Below are positions 11,270 through 20,321 of a DNA stretch of 21,619 nucleotides, in pieces. Source of the DNA: Ancylonema sp. Lineage: Eukaryota. Below the pieces are notes generated by a model. It did no database searches, was not told the origin of the DNA, and was given only the letters and a program-made list of their open reading frames with translations. Location of the stretch: assembly GCA_050230475.1 (NCBI GenBank), contig JBFLGF010000092.1, forward strand, positions 62,001 to 83,619, read 5' to 3'. Made by a program: the position numbers and the translations under genes. Positions within the stretch are counted from its first letter, which is position 1; each line of letters opens with the position of its first letter.

Positions 11270-12243
11270 CAAGAAGCGCACGGTGCGGGGCTTGCCCGTT
11301 GGGACAAGTCTTGGTGTCATGACCTGGCAGACCGCAGTAGTGGCACAAGTGACCAGCCACGCGGCGAGCCATCTCAGTTGGTTCCACCTTCAGGACCTGG
11401 CGGCGGGTTCATCGATGTCCATAGGGACGATCTGCAGGTGAGAGGGGACCTGCTGGGGAAAACTAATCAGCAGCTTCTGGCCTAGGGAGGGATGTATGCA
11501 GGTTTGGAGGGTCGGTCCAGACTGCTGGGTAGCCATGCTCTTCTCCACCTTCTTGACAAAGGTAACGTAGTCAGAGAAGGTTTCAGGGGGGTCTTGCACT
11601 TTGAGTATCTCTCGACGGAGCTCAGGTTTGAGCTTTTCACGAAGAAGGTGTAGATGCTGGGGTGGTCAGGCCAGGGGGGGAAGGTCCCTGAACTGGACGG
11701 TGAAGTCTGACACTGAACCCGTTTGTCTGAGCTCGCGCAGGTGTCGGTGTCGGTCTTTGGTGAGGCGAGTGTTGCCCTCCCCGAAGCAGTCCTGGAGATC
11801 TGTCAGCAGCCGAACTGCCCCAAACCCGTCCGGGAGATCCCCATTGTCGTCGAGGTAGTTAGAAAACCACTCAGAGGCAGGTCCAGTAAGTAGATTGGCC
11901 ACGTAGTGGACGGTTTGAACCGGGTTGCTGAACCGTTTAGGGCCAGCCTGAGCATAGAGCGGATCTGGTTACAGAATGTAGTCACATGCTTGGAGGTACC
12001 ATCAAACTTAGGAGGGTCAGATGGAACCAGGTCTTGGAGAGTAGGGATAGGCTGATATTCTGGAGCGGCTGGCTCGATTGTAGAAGCCATGTAATTAGTT
12101 TCATAAGCAAACTGTTCCGAAAACTCTATAAATTTGCCTTTAATCTCCTTGTTTTCATCCGCCAAAACTCTGAATTATTCATCTTGAGAGTGTTGCATCG
12201 GGCGTAAAACTTCCATGACTCCGTCTAAATTGGGAGAAGACAT
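11270..12243 (-). pseudogene. Gypsy gag
   Basis: ATG at 12243 in frame with ORF 11803..12165 across one TAA (12175-12177); PPKFDG, LLTGPASEWF, LRQTGSVSDF, PMDID and CHYCGLPGHDTKTC knuckle; frameshifted. Confidence 0.88.
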
Positions 12244-12325
12244 GGTGGGATGGATGTAAGATGAAAAAGAAGGCGGCTGAATGAAGTTCAGTTTCAGAAT
12301 ATTCTAAAAAAAACTTCAAAAAAAG

Positions 12326-12335
12326 TTCCTATCAA
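12326..12335 (-). promoter_or_regulatory. Primer-binding site of self-priming type (TTGATAGGAA)
   Basis: 2 nt after the LTR end; lacks the TGG of tRNA PBSs; perfect 10-nt complement at 12492-12483. Confidence 0.72.
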
Positions 12336-12337
12336 AG

Positions 12338-12787
12338 TGTTAGGGACGGATGCAAAAGACGTCCCTAACAAGCTAGTCGCAATGTGCACATAAGCAAAAG
12401 GATGGCGAAACGCCGGATAGGGGAAAGATGGCGTCAGCCGAGTGAAATGGTGGTGGTATAAATCGGAGTGCAAGTACATGAGTTGATAGGAAGCTCTACA
12501 GGCATTCTTATGGATTATATATAGTAAACTGGCTCAAGTCTGAATCAAGACTACAAGTGGGATAACTCACTCTGAATACGGTATGGACACATCAAGTCGG
12601 CTAACGGCGAAACTGCCTGAGCTAAGGACACCTCAGAATACTCCCTAGGGGCCAGGCGGCCGCTAGGGACACAACTCCCACTATATAGCAGAACTCGTTA
12701 TAGGGAAAACTGAGCTAGTAGCGTTCTAGCGCTAAGTGTGGAGACCTTGCTACTGTAGCGAGGGTCCTAATAGTACCCCCCCCTACA
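12338..12787 (-). repeat. 5' LTR (450 bp) of the Gypsy element
   Basis: On the - strand starts TGTAGGG and ends CCCTAACA (TG...CA with imperfect terminal IR); interrupts the protease ORF at 12788; contains a TATA box. Partner LTR is absent, so boundaries are inferred. Confidence 0.8.
12515..12523 (-). promoter_or_regulatory. LTR TATA box (TATATATAA); predicted transcript start ~12492
   Basis: Lies ~30 nt upstream of the sequence complementary to the PBS. Confidence 0.65.
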
Positions 12788-13495
12788 TCTTCTCCTTCTG
12801 TTGGAGAGCTATAGCACGATCCCCAGGTGTGAGGGTCAGAGATGGTGAAGCACTATACACTTCCAATTTGTTGGATTGATGTCGGACTGTGAATGGTAAA
12901 GATACTAGGCATAACCCACCCCTTTCCCAATCTGCCGTATATAAAAATTGATGTTGCCAAGGGTCAGAGTATCCACCAATGGGTCCAAGAATTTCATTGC
13001 CGAGTAAGACATCAAATTCTCGGGAAGGTGACATGTGGAGTTCCATATAGATGGTGGTTGGGTTGGGTGTGCCTCTGCCAATGGTAATTGGAAAATTTTC
13101 CTTGGTTGAACCGATACTGATTTCTTGAGCACCAAATGCGGTGATGTATGGTGTTCCAGGTTTCAACATGTTCGGTGTGATTCCAAGTTTGGATGCCATG
13201 AGTCTGCCAATCATGGTTTTGATGGCACCATTGTCTACTACTACCAACAACTACCAAATAACAACTACCATCAACCCACAATGACTCACTATCTCTCCCT
13301 TAGTCGACTACGATAGGCATTCAACGAATCCGCAATTAAATGATTATGAGCATGACCCAACTCTCCAAAGAAAGGTTTGATGTCTAGCTTGGCAGGCATT
13401 TCGTACTCAGAAATCAAGTAAAGGGGAGGGTTAAGCTGCTTGCCCGGAAGTTTAGGTGGCGTTCCACCGGCGGGAGGTACGTTTCCCACGTCTCC
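12788..13495 (-). pseudogene. Aspartic protease fragment paralogous to element A, interrupted by the Gypsy LTR
   Basis: VVDNGAIKTMIG...PYITA...GSTKENFPIT...LHMSPSREFDVLLGN...GGYSDPW matches element A's VLDTGAKETMIG...PYITA...GSTKEKSPIT...LHLSPSTEFDIILSN...GGYPDSW. Confidence 0.8.
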
Positions 13496-13499
13496 TAGC

Positions 13500-14477
13500 T
13501 GCTCCGGGATTGCGTCGATCAGGCGAGGCTACTTTGCCCGAATGGTCTTTGTTGGGTGATGTATTCACTCTGCTGAGTCGTCCGTCAGGGCTGCGTGCCC
13601 ATGTATACTTATTTCTCCAATAGTTGGTCCCGACTTACTTTCCGGAGGCTAACGAAATCCGAAAGCAAGTCAATTTCCTGGATACGCACTGCATTGATTT
13701 CAACTTTGTGCGATGGGACCGCAAGACATCTTAGACTACACCAAAAAAAGGGGGCGATCAAACCCCTTGACACTGGTTGGTACAGCGGGACTAACATCCT
13801 CCAGACACCAAAACAAGGAGGCATGCGTTAGAGGCCCATGTCCAACCCTTCCATTCCCTGCCCGCATCCCCTGGTTGTAAACGACGTACCTCGTTCAAGA
13901 GAAGACCACGAACGTTCTCCGGACGGATCTGAACCGTCTTAAAGAGCTTCTTGGCGACTTGCCAACCAAAACAACGTACTGTGAACATATTAAGTGTATT
14001 CTGCCACCCAACACGGTTACGGTTATGGTTATGCAACACCGAACGGGGACACGTTGCGGTTGTTCTTGTAGGACTTCCACAACTGGGGCTCCTGTACCAA
14101 TATCCCACCCTACAAGCCCACATAGAACCACTCAACGTTTCCCCTCCTCTCTTCTCCCATCCGTGCTCCTTGCCCTTTTTACCGGGCGTAGTGCACAAAA
14201 AATGCCTTACAGGGCCCTCTTTAGCCCCGCATCCCCCCAATTGAGGTGTATCCACTTTGAGACACTCAAACTGCACCCCCTTTTCCACCACATGTAAAGT
14301 AATTTTCCCATGAATCCGGTGGCCCCTGAACCCCTAGGACAGATCCACATCCTCCCTTCCCTACCACATCACCACGTCGCACGAGTGCTCTTGTACGCGC
14401 TACTCCACCCAATTCGATAATCGAAATGTTGTTCGCGCCACCAGGTTGTCGGGATCCAACGAACAGTTAGGGGGAGA
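13500..14477 (+). other. Possible decayed 3' region of a + strand retroelement ending in a polypurine tract
   Basis: Mostly open frame ~13860-14420 with two internal stops, no recognisable domain; AGGGGGAGA (14469-14477) followed by TG. Confidence 0.3.
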
Positions 14478-16579
14478 TGCTTCTTCACTGGACACCTAGA
14501 GCACGAAGTCAAGTAAGACAGGGGACACGAGACAAAGCTGAGGCTCATATGTATCTTCTTATCTCTTCACCTATGAGGGACAGCGGGCTCAAACCTCATT
14601 TCGGCGGCCGTGCGAGCGAGGGATATGAGGCCTAAGGGATAGGAGGAAAACGAATCGGTCCTTCTTGACACACGACTTTAGCGAACGCAAAAGACGATGC
14701 GATAGACACATGTCAAGAATCATACAATTTTTCATGTATGTCGCAAAAGAGTCTTGGGTGTACAAAGTGCTATCGGCTAAGATGTCTCACCAGTATCAAT
14801 ATCAAGGCCGAGCATTGACTTCACCTCAAAATGCTCAGCTTCGAAAAGGCATGACAGATACAACCTCAATGACATGGTAGCACGCCCGCCTGAGTGGCAA
14901 CAAGGTCAATTCAAGAGGATTCCTCATGTGACTGCCAACATCCATGAAAATGCATACTAAAAAAAAGCCCCACAATCTCGCAAATTTCCTTTACAAGTAC
15001 TCCATCACTCGTCAAGGTCCTTTTGGTTCAGAAGACATTCTCTCAAGAAATTATATCGTTACCTAAAAGGCTGGCCATTCGGGATGTGAATCCAAAAGTG
15101 ATGTCTTTTGTTTTTTGTCCTTTGTCGAGACAAGACCAACAAGCGAGCAAGGCTATACCAACAGTCCACGGTATCATACTCATAGAAACCGTGATCAGTC
15201 CCTTGTTGCAACCAATGTCTAGACAATCTTTCCTTGTGAACTAAGATGGCTGGAAACACTGTAAGCGAGGGTCCTCATTTGCGGCGACATAAAACTATCC
15301 CCCATGCCACCGATAGTCAGCAATATCCACAAGGCCACTTGTAAGAAGTGGACTGGCGCACAATTAGAAGAATCTGCTTGCTTGCTTGTGCGTGTTGTCT
15401 CATCGCAAGTGAATGAAAGCCATGTGCCGTTTTGCATATGCATCGTTGTGATTTTTTCCGTGATCGAAGTCATCGTTATCGTTGCAATTTTCGTGAGTTT
15501 TACAAATACTAATTGCCAGTCGTTTCCTGACGTCATCAATTCGTTACTATTTAGCTGTACTGTTTCGTGCACGCTAAGGATTTTTTTTCACCAACTAAAT
15601 TATCTGAAGTCGGTCCCCGTTCCTTTAAAGTGTTTTGTTTTCTTTTCGATTAAAGGCTTATAAAAACCAAGCACTTAAGATTCGCAAGTCGCGAATTTGG
15701 CTCGTCGGTGTTTGGGTCGGTTGGTTGGCATTTGTTTCCCGTTTTTCGTTTCCAGGCGGTGAATGTGGTGCCGCGATTCGCGTGGCTGCAGTCCATCAGG
15801 GGGCAACAACTCGGGTCGCTTGACAAAAACGTGACGGATTTCGTGTTTGTTGCTCTGGAAGTAGTTAGAAGAGGACAACGGAACTCTTTCAGGTCAGTGT
15901 GCGAAACTTGAAAGGACTCTTGATCGTTAATAGCTTGAGGGGTACTAGTAATGGTGTATGTGGTGTGAGTGTACGGTTGCCTTGTTGCCTGACACGTAAA
16001 TGAGTCTTTGACACCAGTATGTGATTCGTTCACCGAACGGAATGTCAAATATTAGGCTTATTAGGCATTCAATTGAATTGAGTAATTAGGCCTGATATGC
16101 TTATCCTCACCACATTCTCGTATGTAACGAGAGTTGTTTGAAGCGACTTTGTATGGGTGTGGGGCGGTTTTCAGATTGGAGAACGAGCACGTGAACAACG
16201 TGGGGAAATCTCGAACTGTGAAAATGGTCCCCTTGCCGTTCAGAGATAGTGAGGGGGAGAAATTGTGAGAGGCCGGAGAAGCCTTGTCTTTGTTTTTTCG
16301 TGCAATGCTTCCGGTAAGTTTTGTTTTTCGATAGTTATTGGTACGCGAGTTGAGTTGCAACCTTCCGAGTTTAGTAATAAAGAGTGTGTTTGGCATGCGC
16401 GGCGAATGCAACGCATCTCGAGAGACTATCCAGTGCACCTTCGTCTTACATCCCCATTGTTTTTATATAGTCCGTGATTAATTTTTCGTTTTATATTTGT
16501 AATATCAATCTTCTGCGTGAAACTACACATGGACGAATATTATGCGTATATAACTCTTCCACTTCCATTTTATTGGAAA

Positions 16580-16623
16580 CATGCACACATGCACAGAGGC
16601 ACACATGCACACATGCACACATG
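16580..16623. repeat. CATGCACA-type short tandem repeat
   Basis: About five imperfect 8-bp units. Confidence 0.7.
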
Positions 16624-16631
16624 ACTGTGTG

Positions 16632-16821
16632 CCGTAGTGGCCACACATAATCACCCGGGTTTTGAAAAACGAATTATTTTAGTTAATGCCATTTGACCCA
16701 ACCCGCGCACCCAATATAAATCTACCCAAACTCTTGCAAAATATTTAAAGTTATAGAATGATTCATTTTTTACAAAGTTTTTTCATTGTTATTTGAGGGT
16801 CATTGTGTGTGGCCACTACGG
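16632..16821. mobile_element. 190-bp Tc1/mariner(pogo)-like MITE
   Basis: 25-bp TIRs CCGTAGTGGCCACACATAATCACCC (16632-16656) and 16797-16821 (23/25 match); TA on the right flank, TG on the left; AT-rich core. Confidence 0.75.
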
Positions 16822-17184
16822 TACATGCATACAAGCACACAGAAACTCATCCAATCGGAAACACTCACACAAACATATTGAAAGAAGTATATGCACACAT
16901 GTTGCTTCTATACGGACATGCATGCACAAACACCTATGGTACCAACAAGGCACCACTCTATATATAGACGAAGATGGGACGAAATGCATCCAATAATAGT
17001 GCACTCCATGCAACCAACACTACCTCCATTTTGATAGATGTACTATCTGCAATAGTTGGCGTGGCATCAATATCATGGCACCGCAACTAGTTCTGGTCCA
17101 TAACCAGTTATGATAACTAGTTATGGTCCATAACCTTGCCTCTCTCAGTCAATGACACAAACCACCAGAGAGATATGTTGTCAT

Positions 17185-18709
17185 TCATGACGCCACTCCA
17201 GCTACTTGTTGCATCAGAGCTGGGGAAGCTTGCATTAACTCTTTGAAATTCGCTTGCACCTCCCCCATTTGCTTGTCCAGGTACGCCTTGGAAGTCTGGC
17301 AATGGAGGCAAGCACAAATTAGTACAAATGAGCACAAATGAGTACAAATGAGCACAAATGAGTGCACACAACAAAATGTGTATTTCGACCAGCATAAAGT
17401 GCAGGAAAAAAAATAGTAAAAAAAAAAAGAGGTGAAACCAGATGCAGATGGTACGACCGCGGCCAGTACCCAAAGACATACCTGCAAACCCTTTAGGTTG
17501 TTGTCACAAATTTCAATCTTGGCCTTATGCTCTTCCTTCAGGCTTGCCAAAGGCTCTAAGACAAAACTGCACAATACCATTTTTGCCAGATGTCATCGTC
17601 ACTAACACAAGATATCTGCTCATCTGGCAAAGGTGCAGCCTATATTTAAAACGAAGCGTCTTAGGGTATCATCTTAGGGCAGCATCTTAGGGTATCATCT
17701 CAGGGTAGAATCTTAGGGTATCATCTTAGGGTGGCATCTTAGGATAGCATAGGATAGCATGGTATCTTGGGATATCATTTTAGGGTAGCATCCGAGGGTA
17801 GCATCTTAAGGTAGCATCTGAGGGTATCATTTTAGGGTATCAATTTAGGGTAGCATCTTAGGGTAGCACTCACGCTCTTCCTATGGCAGCAGCAGGGAAG
17901 CGTTACGTGGCGGGCCGAGAGCGCCCTGTGGAAGATTGTCAGTTGCGTAGGCCACAAAAGGGTTTGACGTGACGGTGAGCAGGAAAGAAACTGGTTGCTT
18001 GCTTTCATTTGTCAAAGCGTTTGTACATTCAGTGATCGCATACGCTCATGCTTCTTGGGAGACAGCTCAGGTAGTGAACCGCATTGGGGCTGCGACTACC
18101 ACCATCTGTGATCGTGTAATATCGATTATCTCACCAATTGCTTTGTAAGATACTGTTTCTGAAGGCATGTCCTCCAGTTCTTGCAGAGTCAAGGTGGCGT
18201 GCTTCTTCTCATTCTCGTTGAACCGCACTTGTTGTGCGACCTAATCAGATCCAGCAGATGAAAAAGGAAAAGAAAATGAATGATACAGAGTCTCTTGAGC
18301 AGGCGGAGGAAGGTCGGGAAGGTTATTCGAGAGCGAACTTACTTGTTGCCGTTTCCTGTCTGTGTCAACAAGTCTGCCTTGAAGCTCGACGAAGGCCTGC
18401 AAAACATGTCTCTCACGGGTTTCTGACATCAGAACAACATGGGGGAAAGACTCCATATAGAAGCACCGTCACACTGTGGACGACACACGAAGGAGGAAGA
18501 CAAATGCTGCGTAAATATGCCATTCCCACCTGTGCTTTAATCAAACAGAACGACAGCATCGAGTGCCGGTAGAGCGCAAATGAGAGTGTGAACTACATGC
18601 AAGGCAAACCGTTGTGGATAATTTGGAAAAAAAACACAACAATCTAGGGCTCCAATCGATCGTGGCTGGAGATTTCCAACCATACCTCCTTGTTGATTTC
18701 TGTTGCCAT
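17185..18709 (-). CDS. PFD1: Prefoldin subunit 1, 128 aa, 6 exons: 18709-18686, 18396-18343, 18240-18135, 17880-17874, 17566-17482, 17295-17185
   Basis: All introns GT-AG, phases consistent, 387 nt total. Protein MATEINKEAFVELQGRLVDTDRKRQQVAQQVRFNENEKKHATLTLQELEDMPSETVSYKAIGRAFVLEPLASLKEEHKAKIEICDNNLKGLQTSKAYLDKQMGEVQANFKELMQASPALMQQVAGVAS matches plant PFD1 hallmarks (AF.E.Q, LTL.EL, YK.IGR.FVLEP, LQTSK.YL.KQ). Confidence 0.93.
17311..17363. repeat. 10-bp tandem repeat AGYACAAATG x5 in PFD1 intron 5
   Basis: Directly visible alternating AGCACAAATG/AGTACAAATG units. Confidence 0.85.
17660..17868. repeat. 13-bp minisatellite CTTAGGGTAKCAT (~16 units) in PFD1 intron 4
   Basis: Tandem imperfect units, most containing TTAGGG or a one-base variant; ends at the microexon donor site. 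Confidence 0.88.
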
Positions 18710-19374
18710 TCCGTTACTTCAACTAAAAAAAGCGCCGAAGGTGGGCTGCTTCCAGGTTACGTGACCATGATCGACATTGAATCAGCGAATATAAATTCAA
18801 AAGACGCAAAACCATGGGATAGACACGACGGCATGAAGAGGAACGACTTAGTTTAGATACCCTGTAATGCTAGATAGATAATCCCGGAGTCGTTCTACGA
18901 GGTGCAAGTAAGGTCAGGGAAGGCTTCGTCTGTGCAGTTTCCGGACAAGTCACCGCCATGGAGGTTGGGCTCATTCGGGACACATATCCGTCTGCCTTAC
19001 TAACCGCTTAAAGGTGCAGGCGGGTAGTATTGCTGTTACCAACTTATTTTCCGACTCACCGGTAAGCTTTTCAAAATTGAAGCTGGTACCCGTCATGTTA
19101 TAATCTACCGTCTTCTCCGGGTATCTCTCGTTGTAAAGGTTTTGCTAGAAAGGTACATTTCGTACCCAACCGGACGGCTTACAATACCCTGAACCCCCGA
19201 TAACCGTATGTCAACCATTCACCACCCATGGCCATCCATTGCAACACAAAGCTCTCCTAAGTTGCTCTTGCCCCGTCTTTTCCCCTTAACTTACATCGAG
19301 CAAAAATACAGAAAACTGCCCTCGGCGTCATCCCCGTTTCCAACAGATATAGTGGCATTCAATTCGCTGCGATC
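18710..19374. promoter_or_regulatory. Putative bidirectional promoter and 5' UTRs between PFD1 and NDUFB2
   Basis: 665 bp between divergent ATGs; TGGGCT (site II-like) at 18742-18747 and 18966-18971. Confidence 0.6.
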
Positions 19375-20188
19375 ATGGCTGGTGGACATGGACATGGCCA
19401 CGGCATTAGCTACGGAGGCCTAACTTTGCATACTCCGAAGAGATGGCATACAGTCGTTGGGACAGGGATGGCGTCCATAATGTGGTGGGTAGTCTAATTC
19501 AGTTCCAGGTTCTAGCGAAGTGTCGCATTACCGCATGAGCATATAGACTCAGAGGTCCACGAATAATTTTCGAGCAGCGAGCTGTCGTAGTACGGAGCGC
19601 CGTTCAACTGTCCCGGACATATATTATTTGATCGTAGTTTTGCTTCAACCACCTTGAGTGCTGATGTGGCCTGTATCACGTCTAAATCCTTTATGTGATC
19701 GAAAGTGATGAAAGTGATTACACATGCGGGGAATTGTGAGAACCGACGTCTGTGAAGTATTCGCAGAAGTCTGCTTCAGGTGAAGCAGAATTCAGTCACT
19801 GATCGGCTGCAGCTGTTTTCTCCTTCGTTGATGTTCCCTTCTCTTTTCCAGGTTTTGGATATTGTACCGAGCAAAGGAAGATGGTCCAGTAGTGCTGGTA
19901 GGCACTCCACCCACTCTTTTTCTCCAAATTCCAAGTCCGAATTTGCTATTCATCGGATAGTGACGTCCGAAGTAGAATTCAGATCCTTATCGACAGTATC
20001 CTGCTCAGCTTCTGAGCCTATCGTTGGGAGGAATCTGATATTTTTCCCTGCAGGGATGGCGCCACCCTTGGGATGGGCACCACGGACATGGCCATGGGCA
20101 CGGGGAGGGGGCTGAACATGGAGACAAACAGGCGGTAGGTCACCATCACACAAGGATGTATTGGCTGACCGCTGCTCATGAAAAATGA
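19375..20188 (+). CDS. NDUFB2: Mitochondrial complex I subunit NDUFB2/AGGG; exons 19375-19484, 19852-19897, 20054-(20188, or 20134 spliced to 20355-20366)
   Basis: Spliced protein MAGGHGHGHGISYGGLTLHTPKRWHTVVGTGMASIMW-FWILYRAKEDGPVVL-GWRHPWDGHHGHGHG... matches the plant AGGG subunit signature; GT-AG introns in phase; C-terminus ambiguous. Confidence 0.92.
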
Positions 20189-20239
20189 AAAATCTTCATC
20201 TTTTTCGTGAAGAGGTGTACGTATGAAAAGGAAATTCGC

Positions 20240-20321
20240 TATGACCCCCGGTTCATTCCCATTTCCCGTTTCCCGTTTTCCGTTCCCCGTTTCCCGTGTT
20301 GGGAATGAACTTGGGGTCATA
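20240..20321. mobile_element. 82-bp miniature inverted-repeat element with an internal (TTTCCCG)n array
   Basis: 22-bp IR TATGACCCCCGGTTCATTCCCA / TGGGAATGAACTTGGGGTCATA (20/22), bounded by TA, enclosing ~5 heptamer units. Confidence 0.65.

Larger units (their letters stand above)
8020..12787 (-). mobile_element. Ty3/Gypsy LTR retrotransposon (chromovirus, Tf1/sushi/Tcn1-like), decayed, 3' end and 3' LTR missing
   Basis: Domain order LTR-gag-PR-RT-RNase H-INT on the - strand; several frameshifts and stops; sequence stops after the GPF module (...GPFPVIGQIGTSAYRLELPST). Confidence 0.93.

Noticed and set aside
8048..12207. Numerous + strand ORFs over the Gypsy element
   Set aside because: Antisense shadows of GC-rich pol/gag with no recognisable motifs.
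15304..15663. Possible membrane protein or env-like ORF (hydrophobic stretch)
   Set aside because: Hydrophobicity is explained by T-rich sequence; not positioned within an identifiable element; no motif support.
17085..17135. 21-bp direct repeat AACTAGTTMTGGTCCATAACC in the PFD1 3' region
   Set aside because: Only two copies; most simply a local duplication with no further support for function.
17185..17580. 131-aa single-exon ORF from the track
   Set aside because: It is PFD1 exons 5 and 6 read through an in-frame intron.
17660..17868. True telomeric array
   Set aside because: The unit is 13 bp with TTAGGG separated by TAKCATC and it lies inside an intron; it is a minisatellite.
19780..20115. 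111-aa ORF (and 19208..19423) as independent genes
   Set aside because: Off-frame overlaps with NDUFB2 exons and introns.
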